A stretch of DNA of 60,554 bases, filler included. It is 4 parts of 4 records of this genome, joined end to end, with 100 filler letters (N's around TTAATTAATTAA, not from the genome) between each part and the next. Parts side by side here need not be neighbours in the genome. Positions count along the whole stretch, not along the records: positions 30,401 to 45,431 come from SRR20825006_840; 3 more parts are not named here. One strand, written 5' to 3'. This document shows positions 33,649-43,155 of the stretch, one piece after another; position 1 is the first letter of the stretch, and each line of letters opens with the position of its first letter. The notes under the pieces were generated by a model that saw nothing but the letters and a program-made list of their open reading frames with translations, made no database searches and had not been told where the DNA came from. A program made the translations under genes and the position numbers.

Positions 33649-35199
33649 ATGCATCGCTCTATAAAAACGACCCTGATGATCACCACTATCTGCGCCGCCA
33701 TCGCGGGGGTTGGCCCCTATGGCTCGCCAGCTCATCTGAGCATCAACGAGGCCAGCGCGCAGCAGCCCGCTGACGCCCCCGCGGATACCTCACCGGAATC
33801 TGCCGAGACCAGCGAGCCCGCGCCAGCCAAGTCCGCGCCAGTCGTGCGCGGTGGCCTGCCCGATGTCGCTGCGGTCTTCGAGCAAGAGAAGGGGAAGGTC
33901 GTCGCCGTCAAGACCGAGATGGCGCAGTCCGTCTCGAATCCATTCTGGGGCCAACGCACCGTCCCGAGGATGGGCCAGGGCTCAGGCTTTGTGGTCGAGT
34001 CCGATGGTCACATCATCACCAACTATCACGTCGTCGCTGGCGCCCAGAAGATCGAGGTGCTGCTCGAGGAAGGCGGCAAGCGTTACAAGGCTCGCCTGAT
34101 CGGCGCGGACAAAAAGACGGATATCGCGCTGCTCAAGATCGAGGCGCCGGCGAACCTCGAAGCCACCACGCTTGGCTCCTCCGGCGGATTGCGCGTCGGA
34201 GAGTGGGTGATCGCCATCGGCAACCCCTTCGGTCTCGAGTACTCGGTCACCGCGGGGATCGTGAGCGCCAAGGGGCGAAACCTCGGGCAAGGGCTCTACG
34301 ATAACTTCCTGCAGACCGACGCGAGCATCAACCCCGGCAACTCTGGTGGCCCGCTGTTCAACCTCGCTGGCGAGGTCGTCGGCGTGAACACGGCGATCAT
34401 TCGCGACGCGCAAGGCATCGGCTTCGCCGTGCCGATCGATATGGTCAAGAAGCTGCTCCCACAACTCAAGGCGCGCGGCTACGTCGTGCGCGGTTACATG
34501 GGCGCTGGATTGCAGCGCTTGAGCGACGAGCTCATCACCGCGCTCGATCTCAAGCTCGAGCCTGATTACGGCGTCCTCATCGGCAGCGTCGAGCCTGAAG
34601 GCCCCTCCGCCAAGGGTGGCTTGCAGGTCGAGGATATCGTCCTCTCGTTTAACGGCGTGCGAACACAGCGCGTGCAAGAGATGCTCTTCGCCGTCGCAGA
34701 GACGGAGCCTGGCACCGTGGTCGATGTCGAGGTCTTGCGCGATGGCCAGATCCTCAACCTCCAGATCGAGGTCGGCGAGCGCCCTGACACCGAGAAGCTC
34801 GAGCTCGACAGAGGAGAGCGCACCGCCGAGACAGAACCCGAGACCCCTCCTGTCCCGACCGCCAAGAGCACGAAGCCCGAGGACAAGGTCGCCACCAAGA
34901 ATCCCGAAGATCCGCCAAAGCGTCGCGAGCTCGGCATCCAGGTCATCGACACCACTCCTGAACAAGCTAGCGAAGCTGGGCTCGAAGCGCCCACAGGCGT
35001 GTATGTCATGGAGGTCAAGCCTGGCGGCGCCGCAGAGGGCGCACTTCGACCCGGAGACATCATCCTCCAGGTCGATGACACCGAACTCACAGGCGTGAGT
35101 GATTTCATCAAGACGCTGTCTGGCAGGACGCCTGGCGAGCCGCTCAGGATGCGTGTCCTTCGAGGTGGCCGCACGATCTTTGTCGCCATCAGGCTTTGA
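33649..35199 (+). CDS. HtrA/DegP-family serine protease with two PDZ domains
   Basis: GSGF, TNYHVV, DIALLKI, QTDASINPGNSGGPL; signal peptide from MHRSIK with GAGG RBS. Confidence 0.93.
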   Translation: MHRSIKTTLMITTICAAIAGVGPYGSPAHLSINEASAQQPADAPADTSPESAETSEPAPAKSAPVVRGGLPDVAAVFEQEKGKVVAVKTEMAQSVSNPFWGQRTVPRMGQGSGFVVESDGHIITNYHVVAGAQKIEVLLEEGGKRYKARLIGADKKTDIALLKIEAPANLEATTLGSSGGLRVGEWVIAIGNPFGLEYSVTAGIVSAKGRNLGQGLYDNFLQTDASINPGNSGGPLFNLAGEVVGVNTAIIRDAQGIGFAVPIDMVKKLLPQLKARGYVVRGYMGAGLQRLSDELITALDLKLEPDYGVLIGSVEPEGPSAKGGLQVEDIVLSFNGVRTQRVQEMLFAVAETEPGTVVDVEVLRDGQILNLQIEVGERPDTEKLELDRGERTAETEPETPPVPTAKSTKPEDKVATKNPEDPPKRRELGIQVIDTTPEQASEAGLEAPTGVYVMEVKPGGAAEGALRPGDIILQVDDTELTGVSDFIKTLSGRTPGEPLRMRVLRGGRTIFVAIRL

Positions 35200-35220
35200 T
35201 GAGAGCCCTGGAGGTCGAGG

Positions 35221-37410
35221 TCAGTAGACGACCTCGACCTCATCGCGCGTGACGCGACGCATGAGGTCAGAGAGCACCCTGCGCCTCTCGTCATCCTCGA
35301 TATACACAGCGCGGATCTGGCTGATGAGATCCTTGGCGCGTCGCAGCGCGCCGACCAGATCACCGCTCAAATCGGTCGGGTTGTTGATCTCCTTCATCAA
35401 CTCCGGCAGTGACTCGCCCTTGGCCCATCGCTCGCCAAGAGGCATCACCTCCGGCGTGCAGACCACCTCGGAGTCGGTGAGCAGCGCGGCGCCCTGGACC
35501 ACATCCGACTGGTACACCGAAAAAATACGCCCGTGGATCTCGCGCCATTTCGCGCCGCCATGGGCGACCTTCGCGCTTCGTGGCAGCGTCTGCACCAGCC
35601 CGCACATCACCCCATAGAGTTCATCTGGCTCCAGATCCTCGAGCACGCCGCTCATGAGCAGCTCCGTCAAAAAGATCTCTTCCATCTTGATCTTCTGGAG
35701 CACCTTGGCCGCGGCGTGGAGCTCGTTGTCCTGGCCGATGTAGCCGTGCGCGCGGAGGAACTCGAGCTTACGGTTAAACTCCTCCCACAACCTCGGACGC
35801 TCCTCTTCGACGAGGCGTCTTTGCAGGTTCGCCAACCTGCGCCTGTGGCGACGCCTGCGCGCGGCTTGCTTGCTGGTGAGGTCCTCGTCATCGCGCGTTT
35901 GCTCGTTCTGATCGAGCAGGTCTCCGCGACGATCGATCTCATCGCGCAAGTCTCTGGCGAGCTGCTTGCTGCGCCACGCCTTGAAGCTCTGCTGCAAGAG
36001 CGCGCGGATATCCTCGTCTTCAAACCTCGCGAGCAGGTTCACCACCGCGTGGAATGACAGGTTGAACGAGGAGTCCACCGGCTCGCTCTCGCCGCCAAGA
36101 AGGCGACGGATAAGAGGTTGAACCCGTTCATAATCCTGGAAATCCTGGCGGATGATAATATCACCCTCGGTGTCGATGCCGCGGCGTCCTGCGCGACCTG
36201 CCATCTGCATGAACTCGCGCACGGTCAACGGGTTGATGGCGGTGCCATCGTACTTGGTCAGCCCATCGAAGATGACGGTGCGCGCGGGCATGTTGATCCC
36301 CAGCGCGAAGGTCGAGGTGCAGTAGAGCACGCGGATCAACCCCGCTTCATACAGCTCCTCGACGAGGTTCTTGAGCGCCACGTGGAGCCCGGCGTGGTGG
36401 AAGGCGATGCCGCGCGTGTACATCGAGTGCAGCTTGCGCGTGAGCACGCCTGGGTTTTGCGCATCGAAGGCGTCGAGGTAAGGGTAGATTTGCTCGCGTA
36501 GCTTCTTGTCACCGATGCTCTTTCCGACCTGAGAGTGGCTCAGGTCGCCAGCGAGCCGTTCGACGAGCGCGCGGCTAAAGATGAAGTAGAGCGCTGGGAA
36601 GCTCCCCTTGTGGAGCGACTCGATGACCTGGATATGTTTGGTCTGATCGCGCCTTCCCTGTCGTTTGTTTCCTCGCGAGGATCGCCTCGACTTGCTGCCG
36701 CGCCACTGCGCGAACTTCTTGTTGAAGCGATCCACGGGCAGCAAGCCCGTCTCGTTGCTCATCATGAAGAACTGGAGCGGGACGGTGCGGCGTGGCTCGT
36801 GGATGATCTTGATGTCTGTGTGACGAACCTTGCTCAGCCAGCCCGCGAAGTCCTCCAGGTTGGAGAGCGTGGCGGACAGGCCGAGGATGCGGATCTCGTG
36901 CGGCAGATAAATCAGCAGCTCTTCCCACACCGTGCCGCGATCTGGATCATCGAGGAAGTGGATCTCATCGACGATGACCGCCTTGAGGTGGCGCAAGTCC
37001 GGGATATCTGCTTCGGCGGGGGAGCTCGGTGAACTCGTCACGCCGTCCTCGTCTTCTTGCTCGACGAGGTTCATGTCATGACGCCCCTCGAGCAAGATGT
37101 TACGCAGGATCTCGGTCGTCATGATGCGCAGCGGCGCGTCGCGTCGGATGACGATATCACCGGTGACGAGCCCGACCTTCTCCTCGCCAAAGAGCGAGAC
37201 GTACTGTCGGTACTTCTGGTTCGAGAGCGCCTTGATCGGCGAGGTGTAGATCACCTCGCCGCCATCCTCGAGGATGCGCTCGATCAGGTAGTCTGCGATC
37301 AGCGTCTTGCCGGTTCCGGTGGGAGCCGAGACGATCACGCTGTGGCCTTGTTCGATCTCTTCGATCGCTTCCTGTTGGAAGCCATCGAGTGTCAAACCTC
37401 TATAATTCAT
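35221..37410 (-). CDS. Ski2/HelY-like DExH-box helicase
   Basis: APTGTGKT, PIKALSNQK, DEIH, LSAT, QMAGRAGRRG; C-terminal DSHCT-like helical region. Confidence 0.92.
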   Translation of the reverse strand: MNYRGLTLDGFQQEAIEEIEQGHSVIVSAPTGTGKTLIADYLIERILEDGGEVIYTSPIKALSNQKYRQYVSLFGEEKVGLVTGDIVIRRDAPLRIMTTEILRNILLEGRHDMNLVEQEDEDGVTSSPSSPAEADIPDLRHLKAVIVDEIHFLDDPDRGTVWEELLIYLPHEIRILGLSATLSNLEDFAGWLSKVRHTDIKIIHEPRRTVPLQFFMMSNETGLLPVDRFNKKFAQWRGSKSRRSSRGNKRQGRRDQTKHIQVIESLHKGSFPALYFIFSRALVERLAGDLSHSQVGKSIGDKKLREQIYPYLDAFDAQNPGVLTRKLHSMYTRGIAFHHAGLHVALKNLVEELYEAGLIRVLYCTSTFALGINMPARTVIFDGLTKYDGTAINPLTVREFMQMAGRAGRRGIDTEGDIIIRQDFQDYERVQPLIRRLLGGESEPVDSSFNLSFHAVVNLLARFEDEDIRALLQQSFKAWRSKQLARDLRDEIDRRGDLLDQNEQTRDDEDLTSKQAARRRRHRRRLANLQRRLVEEERPRLWEEFNRKLEFLRAHGYIGQDNELHAAAKVLQKIKMEEIFLTELLMSGVLEDLEPDELYGVMCGLVQTLPRSAKVAHGGAKWREIHGRIFSVYQSDVVQGAALLTDSEVVCTPEVMPLGERWAKGESLPELMKEINNPTDLSGDLVGALRRAKDLISQIRAVYIEDDERRRVLSDLMRRVTRDEVEVVY

Positions 37411-37559
37411 GGTGCATGCCTTTTTGGCTTATCTTCACGCGGCGCTCCTTGTTTGAATGCGAGCGCGCTGGACGTGCGGACCGGATGAATCGAGAAGGTC
37501 GCCTCGTAAAGAGCGCGATGCTCGGCGAACCTTCCTCGATGATTGTGGCCCCTGACAAC

Positions 37560-37602
37560 AAAACCTCGCCAACGCATCATCCGCGCTGGCGAGGTTTTTT
37601 TG
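37560..37602. terminator. Terminator-like hairpin downstream of the vWA gene
   Basis: AAAACCTCGCCA...TGGCGAGGTTTT; a second hairpin CCTCACAC/GTGTGAGG is adjacent. Confidence 0.7.
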
Positions 37603-37651
37603 CAACCTCACACTTTTGATTCGTGTGAGGTGAGGTTGTTTGGCGCGCGTA

Positions 37652-39502
37652 TCAGCGCTTACGGCGTCGCTGGCGACGGATGTTGAACAGACCGAGCAGG
37701 CCGAGCAATCCGAGCAGGCCAAAGCCCGCAGAGGGCGCCTCGGGGTGCACCGCCGAGACGGTGCAGACGGCGGCGTCATCCGCGCCGGGCTCATCAGGCG
37801 TGGCGCCATAGGTCGCGCCACCGCCGCTCTCGAGGCCTGCCATGCACGTGCACTGGGTCTGCTTGGCCTCGTACTCGTCGAGGATCAACTCCCACTCGTT
37901 ATCGAGGCTGTTCGGGATCGGGCCGAGGTCATGCGCGCCGCCATCACAAACACACACGGATTGGAAGGCGCAGAAGAGACCCTCGCTGATGCCGCGTGCG
38001 TCGAGCGGAGACATGTTTTGATCCCACTCCTGGAACTCGCGGCCAGGACCATCGTTAGGATCGTTCATGTCCTGTGCAGGATCGGCTGTCTCCATGTTGT
38101 CGATGTTGCCATCGCAGTTGTCGTCGATGCCGTTACAGATCTCGGGTTGTGGAGCATAGAACTTCTGACAGAACTCGACGCCGAAGTTGCACTCGTAGAT
38201 GCCAGGGCGGCAGCGGCCGGACTGGACCATCTCGCCCTCTTCGTTCATCTCGCAGCCCGCGTCGGGGTCGGTGCCACAAGGCACGTCACAAGCCTCGCCG
38301 GTGTTTTCGCACAGGCAGGCGACCTGTGTTTCGGTGACCTGGATGTTGTCCGACTTGACCTCTTCGCAGAGGCGATCGGTCAGGCGCACCGAGCGGCGCG
38401 TCTGATCGGCGAAGAACCAACCTTCACCGCGGTAGGGCTCCGCCGCGGTCGGCGAGACGCCGTAGACGTTGACGAGGTCATTGTAGAACTTGTCAGGGTT
38501 GCTCGGATCGACGCCTGGGACGCGGATGTTTTGACCAAAGACGGCGTGGTTGAACTCCACGCGGGTGGCCTCTGGGTCCTCGTCAGCGCCTTCACCGGCA
38601 GGATAGTCCGAGGGAATCTCGAGCGGGAAGGTGCACGCGACGTTCCCGGCGATCTCGAGCAGGGTGTCCTTGAGCGCCTGTGCGTTGTCCGCTTGCAGGT
38701 TGCCGCGACAGTTGAAGCTGTCCTTGAGGCTGCCGCCGCTGGTGAGCATCGCGTCGCCGTTCTTTTGCGTGGAGTTGCGCTGAGGCAAGTCACACGGATC
38801 GACGAGCTCGTTTGGTTGGTAGGTGCAGCTGCTGCCGGAGCAACACTCGCCGGTGCCGCCAGCGGCGGCAAAGAGCGAGTTAGTGTCAGGGTCAGCGCCC
38901 GCGCCAAAGCCCACGGCGTAGTTTGGCACCGTGCCCGGGTTACGCTCGCGCATCGCGCAGTTGTAGTGGATCGTCTGCTCGACGGTCTGCTTCGAAGAGG
39001 GCGCACCATCGGTGATGAGCACGCCCACGCCCTGGCGCTCCGAGTTCGCGAGCTCGTTCGACTCCCAGAGCAACTTGGCTGCGTTGCCCATGTAGGTGCC
39101 GCCGCCTGCGTTGTAGCCGTCAACGGTTGTATCGACCGTGGAGTAGCTATCCTCGGCTGGCTTGACGTCGATGGAGGCGCTGCCGCTAAAGCGGCCGAGG
39201 CCAAGGCGGATCTGGTCGCAGCCAGATCGGTCCGACATGGTGCAGGGGCCTGTGCGGCCGACGGCTTGCGCGAGCTCCGAGATCGACTCGCGCGCGATCT
39301 GGATCTTGGACTTGCCGCCGCCGCCGTCGTTGCCCATCGAGCCGGAGACGTCGACGATGATGATCACATCGGGCGTCCCCACGGTGGTGTCGTGTTCTGT
39401 GATCGGCGCGCACATTTCGCTGAAGTCGTATGCGAGCGCCGACGTGCTCATGGTCAAGCACGCGGCAGCAGCGAATGCTGCGCTGAAAATGGTTCTCTTC
39501 AT
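37652..39502 (-). CDS. vWA-domain surface protein with Cys-rich region and MYXO-CTERM-like sorting tail
   Basis: Signal peptide; MIDAS DVSGS...T...TDG; PEICNGIDDNCDGNID motif; C-terminal CTVS..GLLGLLGLLGLF-RRQRRRKR. Start uncertain. Confidence 0.82.
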   Translation of the reverse strand: MKRTIFSAAFAAAACLTMSTSALAYDFSEMCAPITEHDTTVGTPDVIIIVDVSGSMGNDGGGGKSKIQIARESISELAQAVGRTGPCTMSDRSGCDQIRLGLGRFSGSASIDVKPAEDSYSTVDTTVDGYNAGGGTYMGNAAKLLWESNELANSERQGVGVLITDGAPSSKQTVEQTIHYNCAMRERNPGTVPNYAVGFGAGADPDTNSLFAAAGGTGECCSGSSCTYQPNELVDPCDLPQRNSTQKNGDAMLTSGGSLKDSFNCRGNLQADNAQALKDTLLEIAGNVACTFPLEIPSDYPAGEGADEDPEATRVEFNHAVFGQNIRVPGVDPSNPDKFYNDLVNVYGVSPTAAEPYRGEGWFFADQTRRSVRLTDRLCEEVKSDNIQVTETQVACLCENTGEACDVPCGTDPDAGCEMNEEGEMVQSGRCRPGIYECNFGVEFCQKFYAPQPEICNGIDDNCDGNIDNMETADPAQDMNDPNDGPGREFQEWDQNMSPLDARGISEGLFCAFQSVCVCDGGAHDLGPIPNSLDNEWELILDEYEAKQTQCTCMAGLESGGGATYGATPDEPGADDAAVCTVSAVHPEAPSAGFGLLGLLGLLGLFNIRRQRRRKR

Positions 39503-39785
39503 GTGCGTCGTCTGCCTCATTTTGGGCTCCAACCAGAAGGGTTAGCGAAAGCGCTGCCGAACCAGTGGTTCGGGTCTCAAGACGTTCGAGCATCCGATGG
39601 GCAGAGACGTCACAAAATCACTCGAGTGATTTTGCGCGACTGGATGTGAGCGTCACTTCTCACCTTACCTTATAGATTTAGGCAAGGGGTGTGCCGAGTC
39701 TACACAGTGCTCGGGGGCGCATCCTGGCGTCATTTCATTGACGCCGAGGTATGCAATCGCTGCGCAACTGTGAAAAAATTTCGCA

Positions 39786-40967
39786 TCACTGGACGTCGAT
39801 CTCGACCACGATGTCTGCGGTGGAGAGGGTGCGTCGCTCGACCACCACGATATAATCGCCGTCTGCGGGGACCTCCCAGTCGGTCAATGTGTCGCCGAGA
39901 TCTCGCCCGATGTGACAGGTGCTCTTGTCGCATGTGTCCATCACGAAGATGGCGCTGTCCCCCTGGTTTCCGATCGAGGGGCGCGCGTCTACTGTGAGCA
40001 GTTGTCCCGCCGTCAGGCCGGTGAGCTTGAAGGTCACGTCCTCGCCGACCGTGGTAAACGGCATCCCCATTCCCATGCCATCCTCACCCTCGCCATCGGG
40101 GTAGTAGCACTCGGTGGCGTCATCGAAGTCGAGGCGGTCGCCATACGCGTTGGTCTTGCCCTCGAAGCGGTAAGGGAAGCTCGAGACCTCCACCGCGTTC
40201 TCGCAGAAGTCACCGCCGCAGGAGTCCATCGAGCACGCTTCGCCGCAGGTGTATACCGTCTCGGCGAGCCCTCCTTGCTCGCAGCGCGAGATGTCTGCGC
40301 CGCTGCATGTCGTGCTGCCTATTGGCAAGCAGACGAGCTCCTCGAACTCGAGCGTCAGCTCGAAGGTTCCCCTCGAGTTATTCTCGGGCTCGACCGTGAT
40401 CAGGCGCGTCTCCCCGGCGGGCACCACGAAGGTTCGCGAGGGGGACGCATCACAGGTCAGGCTCGCGGTCGCCTCGCAGGTGCCGTTGCGCACGTCGATC
40501 ACCCAGGAGGTGCTCCCGTTTGTCACCGCCGCGGTCACGCGCGTGGGTTTGTCGAACGTGAACAGGTAAGAGCGCTCGGGCGCGTTGCCAAAGCCGCAGG
40601 GGGTCTGCAACACGCTCTCGAGCGAGGCGTCCGTGGTCGAGCCGTTGATGATCATCGGCGTCGCTGATGCGTCCACTGTCCCCATGTCCTCGCAGGCGCC
40701 CACGGCGCTCGAGACGTTGTTGCCTGTGTTGTTTGCGTTTGGCGCGGTGTTGTTCGACGTGTTGTTCACCGCGGTGTTGTTTACGGCGGTGTTGTTCACC
40801 GCGGTATTGTTCACCGCAGTGTTATTGACCGAGGTGTTGTTGCCGCTCGTGTTGTTCTTGTTGTTGGTGACGATCGGATCAGGGGTCGTCGTGTTGTTGC
40901 TGTTGTTATTGTTGCCACAGGCCGCCGCCAGACAGGCGATCGAGGCCACGAGGATGCAACGGGTCAT
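39786..40967 (-). CDS. Cys-rich lipoprotein with Asn/Thr repeat linker
   Basis: Lipobox LAAAC followed by GNNNNS and VNNTA repeats; start taken at MTRCIL. Confidence 0.75.
   Translation of the reverse strand: MTRCILVASIACLAAACGNNNNSNNTTTPDPIVTNNKNNTSGNNTSVNNTAVNNTAVNNTAVNNTAVNNTSNNTAPNANNTGNNVSSAVGACEDMGTVDASATPMIINGSTTDASLESVLQTPCGFGNAPERSYLFTFDKPTRVTAAVTNGSTSWVIDVRNGTCEATASLTCDASPSRTFVVPAGETRLITVEPENNSRGTFELTLEFEELVCLPIGSTTCSGADISRCEQGGLAETVYTCGEACSMDSCGGDFCENAVEVSSFPYRFEGKTNAYGDRLDFDDATECYYPDGEGEDGMGMGMPFTTVGEDVTFKLTGLTAGQLLTVDARPSIGNQGDSAIFVMDTCDKSTCHIGRDLGDTLTDWEVPADGDYIVVVERRTLSTADIVVEIDVQ
40741..40860 (-). repeat. 15-bp coding tandem repeat (VNNTA)n
   Basis: Repeated GTGAACAACACCGCG-like units. 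Confidence 0.85.
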
Positions 40968-41431
40968 AAAAGATGTCTTCACGGCAAAACCCCTTGGAGG
41001 TGCGAGGGAGAAAGAGCGGGGAGCTCGAACATTCATTCGTTCTGTACCGGTAGGCTCGAGTTGCATTGTCTGTGCCATTCACAAAGGCGTCAAGAAGGGC
41101 CGCGATCTCCTTCTGGCAACAACCTCCAAAGGAACTTCACCCGAAAACTTGACACTCTGTAAATCCACGTCAGACTCGGCCATGTACTCGCACGCAGCGA
41201 GTCACTCGCGCTCTGAAAAACAGCTTATCTCTTTTGCACTTCGCGATCACGAAGATCGCCGCCAGAGAGGATAACCGAGCGTGAGAAAGCAATGTCCCAA
41301 GGATGGGACGCCCGGGCTGGAGGCCCGGTTTTTAGACAAGGAAGGCGACAGACCGCCCACTCCGCGAGGATCTTCAAAGAGATCCCCTCGCCGGTCTCGC
41401 CATGTAGTCGATTGCTCGAGGCTTTGCTCTT

Positions 41432-42262
41432 ATGACCAGCGCCACACCGACCTTTCTCGATAACGATACCGCTACCGAACCCTACTACGATCACCCGGGC
41501 GGCTTCTCGCTGCTTAAAGGGGACTCGCTCGCGATGCTCGAGCAGCTCGAAGGAGAGCAGTTCGACCTGATCTTTGCCGACCCTCCCTACTTCCTCTCCA
41601 ATGATGGCGTCACCTGCAAGAACGGCAGGATGGTGTCGGTCAACAAGGGAAAGTGGGACAAGTCCAAGGGCGCCGAGGACAACCACGAGTTCAACCTGCG
41701 TTGGCTCGAGCAGTGCCAGCGCCTGCTCAAGCCCAACGGCTCGATCTGGGTCACGGGCACGCACCACGTCATCTTCAGCATCGGCTACGCCATGCAGGTC
41801 CTTGGCTACAAGGTCCTCAATGACATCTCCTGGTTCAAGGTCAACCCGCCGCCCAACCTCTCGTGCCGCTACTTCACGCACTCCACCGAGACGATCATCT
41901 GGGCTGGCCGTGACTGGGACACGCGCCACACCTTCAACTACAAGCTGATGAAGGAGATGAACGAAGGGAAGCAGATGAAGAGCATGTGGAGCATCATGGC
42001 TCCGCGCAAGAAGGAGAAGCAGCAAGGGAAGCACCCGACGCAGAAGCCGCTCCAGTTGCTCGAGCGCATCGTGCTCGCGTCGACCGAGCCAGGCCAGCTT
42101 ATCCTCGATCCCTTCTCGGGCTCGGGCACCACGGGCGTCGCCGCCGCCAGGCACGGGCGCCGCTACGTCGGCATGGAGATGAACGAGGAGTACCTCGACC
42201 TCTCGATCCGCCGCTACGAGGCCGAGCTCCCCGAGGAGCAAGAGGTCGCGCTCGCGCTCTGA
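41432..42262 (+). CDS. Beta-class N6-adenine/N4-cytosine DNA methyltransferase, DpnA-like
   Basis: FADPPYFLSNDG..MVSVNKGKWD, HPTQKP, LDPFSGSGTT (motif IV before motif I). Confidence 0.9.
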   Translation: MTSATPTFLDNDTATEPYYDHPGGFSLLKGDSLAMLEQLEGEQFDLIFADPPYFLSNDGVTCKNGRMVSVNKGKWDKSKGAEDNHEFNLRWLEQCQRLLKPNGSIWVTGTHHVIFSIGYAMQVLGYKVLNDISWFKVNPPPNLSCRYFTHSTETIIWAGRDWDTRHTFNYKLMKEMNEGKQMKSMWSIMAPRKKEKQQGKHPTQKPLQLLERIVLASTEPGQLILDPFSGSGTTGVAAARHGRRYVGMEMNEEYLDLSIRRYEAELPEEQEVALAL

Positions 42263-42281
42263 TCCTTCGGGAAGAGTGAGT

Positions 42282-42338
42282 GATAAAAAAAGAGGCGCGG
42301 TGATTTCTGCAAGGAAATCACCGCGCCTCTTTTTTATC
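42282..42338. terminator. Long bidirectional terminator
   Basis: AAAAAAGAGGCGCGGTGATTTC-TGCAAG-GAAATCACCGCGCCTCTTTTTT between convergent genes. Confidence 0.9.
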
Positions 42339-42354
42339 TTTCGCTGCCTGAAAT

Positions 42355-42858
42355 TTAGCGCTTGTGCACGCCGTGCGCGACCTGTTCGGTGTCGGTCAGG
42401 GCGTCCTTGTCGCCGCGCTCGTGGTCGTGCTCGCAGTCGTTGCAGTAGTACTCGCGCTCGGGCCAGGGCTTCATCATGAGGATGATCTTCTTGCCGCACT
42501 CATCGCAGCTCTTGGTCCAGGTGGTGCGCGCCTCGTGTTGTTTCTGGCGGCGCACCTCGTTCCAGGTCGACTTCTTCCCGAGCGCTTCCTGCGCGCAGCT
42601 GCTGCAGAGGAGCTCGTCGAGCTTCTTGCCCTTGGGGATGTAATCGAGGACCTCTCGCTTGCCGCACTCGGCGCAGTTGATCGGCATGCTGACGCGCGTG
42701 TTGTGCTTGCGGCGAGGGGCTTTGCGCTGGCGAATCTCTCGCTCGGCGCGCATGCACTCCTTGCATCGAAGCTCGCGATCGGGCTCGAAGGGGACCTGGT
42801 CGACATCCCCGCACGAGCTGCATGTGAAGTCGTACATCTTTCGTTCTCTTTCTTCCAT
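42355..42858 (-). CDS. Protein with three CxxC-x(15-18)-CxxC zinc-ribbon repeats
   Basis: CSSC..CKEC, CAEC..CSSC, CDEC..CNDC; GAGGAG RBS before MEERERK. Confidence 0.8.
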   Translation of the reverse strand: MEERERKMYDFTCSSCGDVDQVPFEPDRELRCKECMRAEREIRQRKAPRRKHNTRVSMPINCAECGKREVLDYIPKGKKLDELLCSSCAQEALGKKSTWNEVRRQKQHEARTTWTKSCDECGKKIILMMKPWPEREYYCNDCEHDHERGDKDALTDTEQVAHGVHKR

Positions 42859-42949
42859 CAGCTCTACTCCTCTCGCTCTTGCTCTCGTGCATGCTATGCG
42901 CCGGGGATTTGTGCTCCCGGTCGATTTTTCGCGTGGCGCCGACGACACC

Positions 42950-43066
42950 CGGTGCGATCTGGCACGAAATTCGAAGATCGCCATGGGCCGTCTGACGGCG
43001 TGGCATCCTTAGCTTATCTGCCTCTTCACAGAAAGGCATTTTCGAATTTCGTGCCAGATCGCACCG
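42950..43066. repeat. 26-bp perfect inverted repeat with 65-bp spacer
   Basis: CGGTGCGATCTGGCACGAAATTCGAA at 42950-42975 and its reverse complement at 43041-43066. Confidence 0.88.
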
Positions 43067-43155
43067 ACCGCCAGCATTCGTGGGCCTGTCGCCACAGGGC
43101 AAACCACCAACGTATCGTACCTGCCGAGTCTTCCGCGCAGCGAGAGAAAAGAGGG

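Noticed and set aside
30401-37410. MutS2 + protease + helicase as an anti-phage system
   Set aside because: Divergent and convergent orientations; each is a common housekeeping family; no operon structure.
37640-39649. 669-aa plus-strand ORF (likewise 42364-43737 plus, 30520-32040 plus, 56966-58363 minus)
   Set aside because: Shadow frames opposite well-supported genes; no motifs or RBS.
40741-40860. Possible CRISPR-like repeat array
   Set aside because: 15-bp in-frame coding repeats without spacers; no cas genes or repeat-spacer array anywhere in the window.
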